A DNA stretch of 52,836 bases from a virus (Duplodnaviria; Caudoviricetes): the IMG/VR virus record IMGVR_UViG_3300009602_000016, positions 1-52,836 of that record; one strand, written 5' to 3'. Position 1 is the stretch's first letter, and the number at the start of each line of letters is the position of its first letter. Of this stretch, positions 52,189 to 52,836 are shown one piece after another. The position numbers and the translations under genes were made by a program. The notes beneath the pieces are model-generated. The model searched no databases. It was not told where the DNA came from and saw nothing but the letters and a program-made list of their open reading frames with translations.

Positions 52189-52836
52189 TTAGGCCGAGAT
52201 GGTGTTGAGGCGAAGCGCCTCGGCGAGCACCACCTGCCCACCGACACGGCGACGGGCAATGAAGCGGACGTTGCCGCTCGCGGCTTGCGTATAGGGATCA
52301 CGCAGAACCGACAGGCGAATGCGGTCCACGATGAGATAGCCCCGACGGAAGTCGCCGAAAGCGACCGAGTTGGCGGCCGCGGCTTGGTTGGGCATGTCCG
52401 TTGCCTCGACATACGGTGCCCCGATGATCGTGTTCGGAACGCCGTTCGCAATGCCGGCCATCCACAAGTACTGACCGTTGCCGTCCTTCAACTTGCGGAC
52501 GGCGCCGATGGAGTTCCTGTTGAGGACCCAGACAGCATTGCGGGCATACGCCGACTTGATGGCGTGGAATGTGTCGATCAGACCGTCGGCCTGGATCAGC
52601 GTTGCGTGCCCGGAGTTCGTAGTGCCGACGTCGCCGTTCTGCAGGAAGCCCTCGGGCTGTCCCACGGCGTCGCCGTTCACGAACGCTGTGCCTTCGGAGA
52701 CGCCGAACTGTTCGGCGAACTCCATGTTGAGTTCGGCCTCAAGGTTGAACGCACTGTCCTCGAGGTCTTGCTCGGAGATGTCCACCAGCGCATAGTGCTC
52801 GTGCGTGGGGATTTCCTCCAGCCCGTAGGTCAGACC
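52189..52836 (-). CDS. Major capsid protein, HK97 fold, C-terminal part (runs off window end)
   Basis: ISEQDLEDSAFNLE, AFVNGDAVGQPEG, RKLKDGNGQYLW, FGDFRRGYLIVDR, RDPY, RRVGG. Confidence 0.95.
   Translation of the reverse strand, partial: GLTYGLEEIPTHEHYALVDISEQDLEDSAFNLEAELNMEFAEQFGVSEGTAFVNGDAVGQPEGFLQNGDVGTTNSGHATLIQADGLIDTFHAIKSAYARNAVWVLNRNSIGAVRKLKDGNGQYLWMAGIANGVPNTIIGAPYVEATDMPNQAAAANSVAFGDFRRGYLIVDRIRLSVLRDPYTQAASGNVRFIARRRVGGQVVLAEALRLNTISA

Noticed and set aside
117-52795. Numerous plus-strand ORFs of 60-260 aa in the ORF track
   Set aside because: They are antisense shadows of well-supported minus-strand genes in GC-rich DNA, with no recognisable motifs or RBS pattern
1-52836. 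Alternative genetic code or introns/inteins
   Set aside because: Core genes (terL, polA, helicases, portal, tail) are full-length under code 11 with no unexplained insertions

Overview
Near-complete genome of a GC-rich, apparently lytic tailed dsDNA phage (HK97-type head, non-contractile tail, probably with an alphaproteobacterial host). Essentially all real genes are on the minus strand. The window starts with the first 21 codons of the major capsid gene and ends in the middle of the same gene, so it is a circularly permuted genome with a short gap. In transcription order: capsid/decoration/neck/tail genes (52.8-34.9 kb), lysis (34.9-33.0 kb), a repeat-rich spacer, replication genes (SNF2 helicase, AEP primase, DEDDh exonuclease, two SF1 helicases), a translationally coupled nucleotide/DNA-modification operon running into a family A DNA polymerase (20.3-11.7 kb), small accessory genes, a second repeat-rich spacer, then terminase, portal-MuF fusion and prohead protease. 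Two candidate novel systems stand out. (1) A base-hypermodification operon: its C5-cytosine methyltransferase homologue naturally carries the motif X Asn->Lys change known to convert such enzymes into carboxymethyltransferases, and it sits with an asparagine synthetase-like amidotransferase, an NPPY amino-methyltransferase and a thymidylate synthase homologue with a dCMP-type specificity residue. (2) Two head-decoration protein homologues carrying classical Sec signal peptides, one translationally coupled to an O-antigen ligase/O-oligosaccharyltransferase-like membrane protein inside the head module, suggesting periplasmic glycosylation of virion decorations. All family assignments are from motif recognition by eye; no searches were run.
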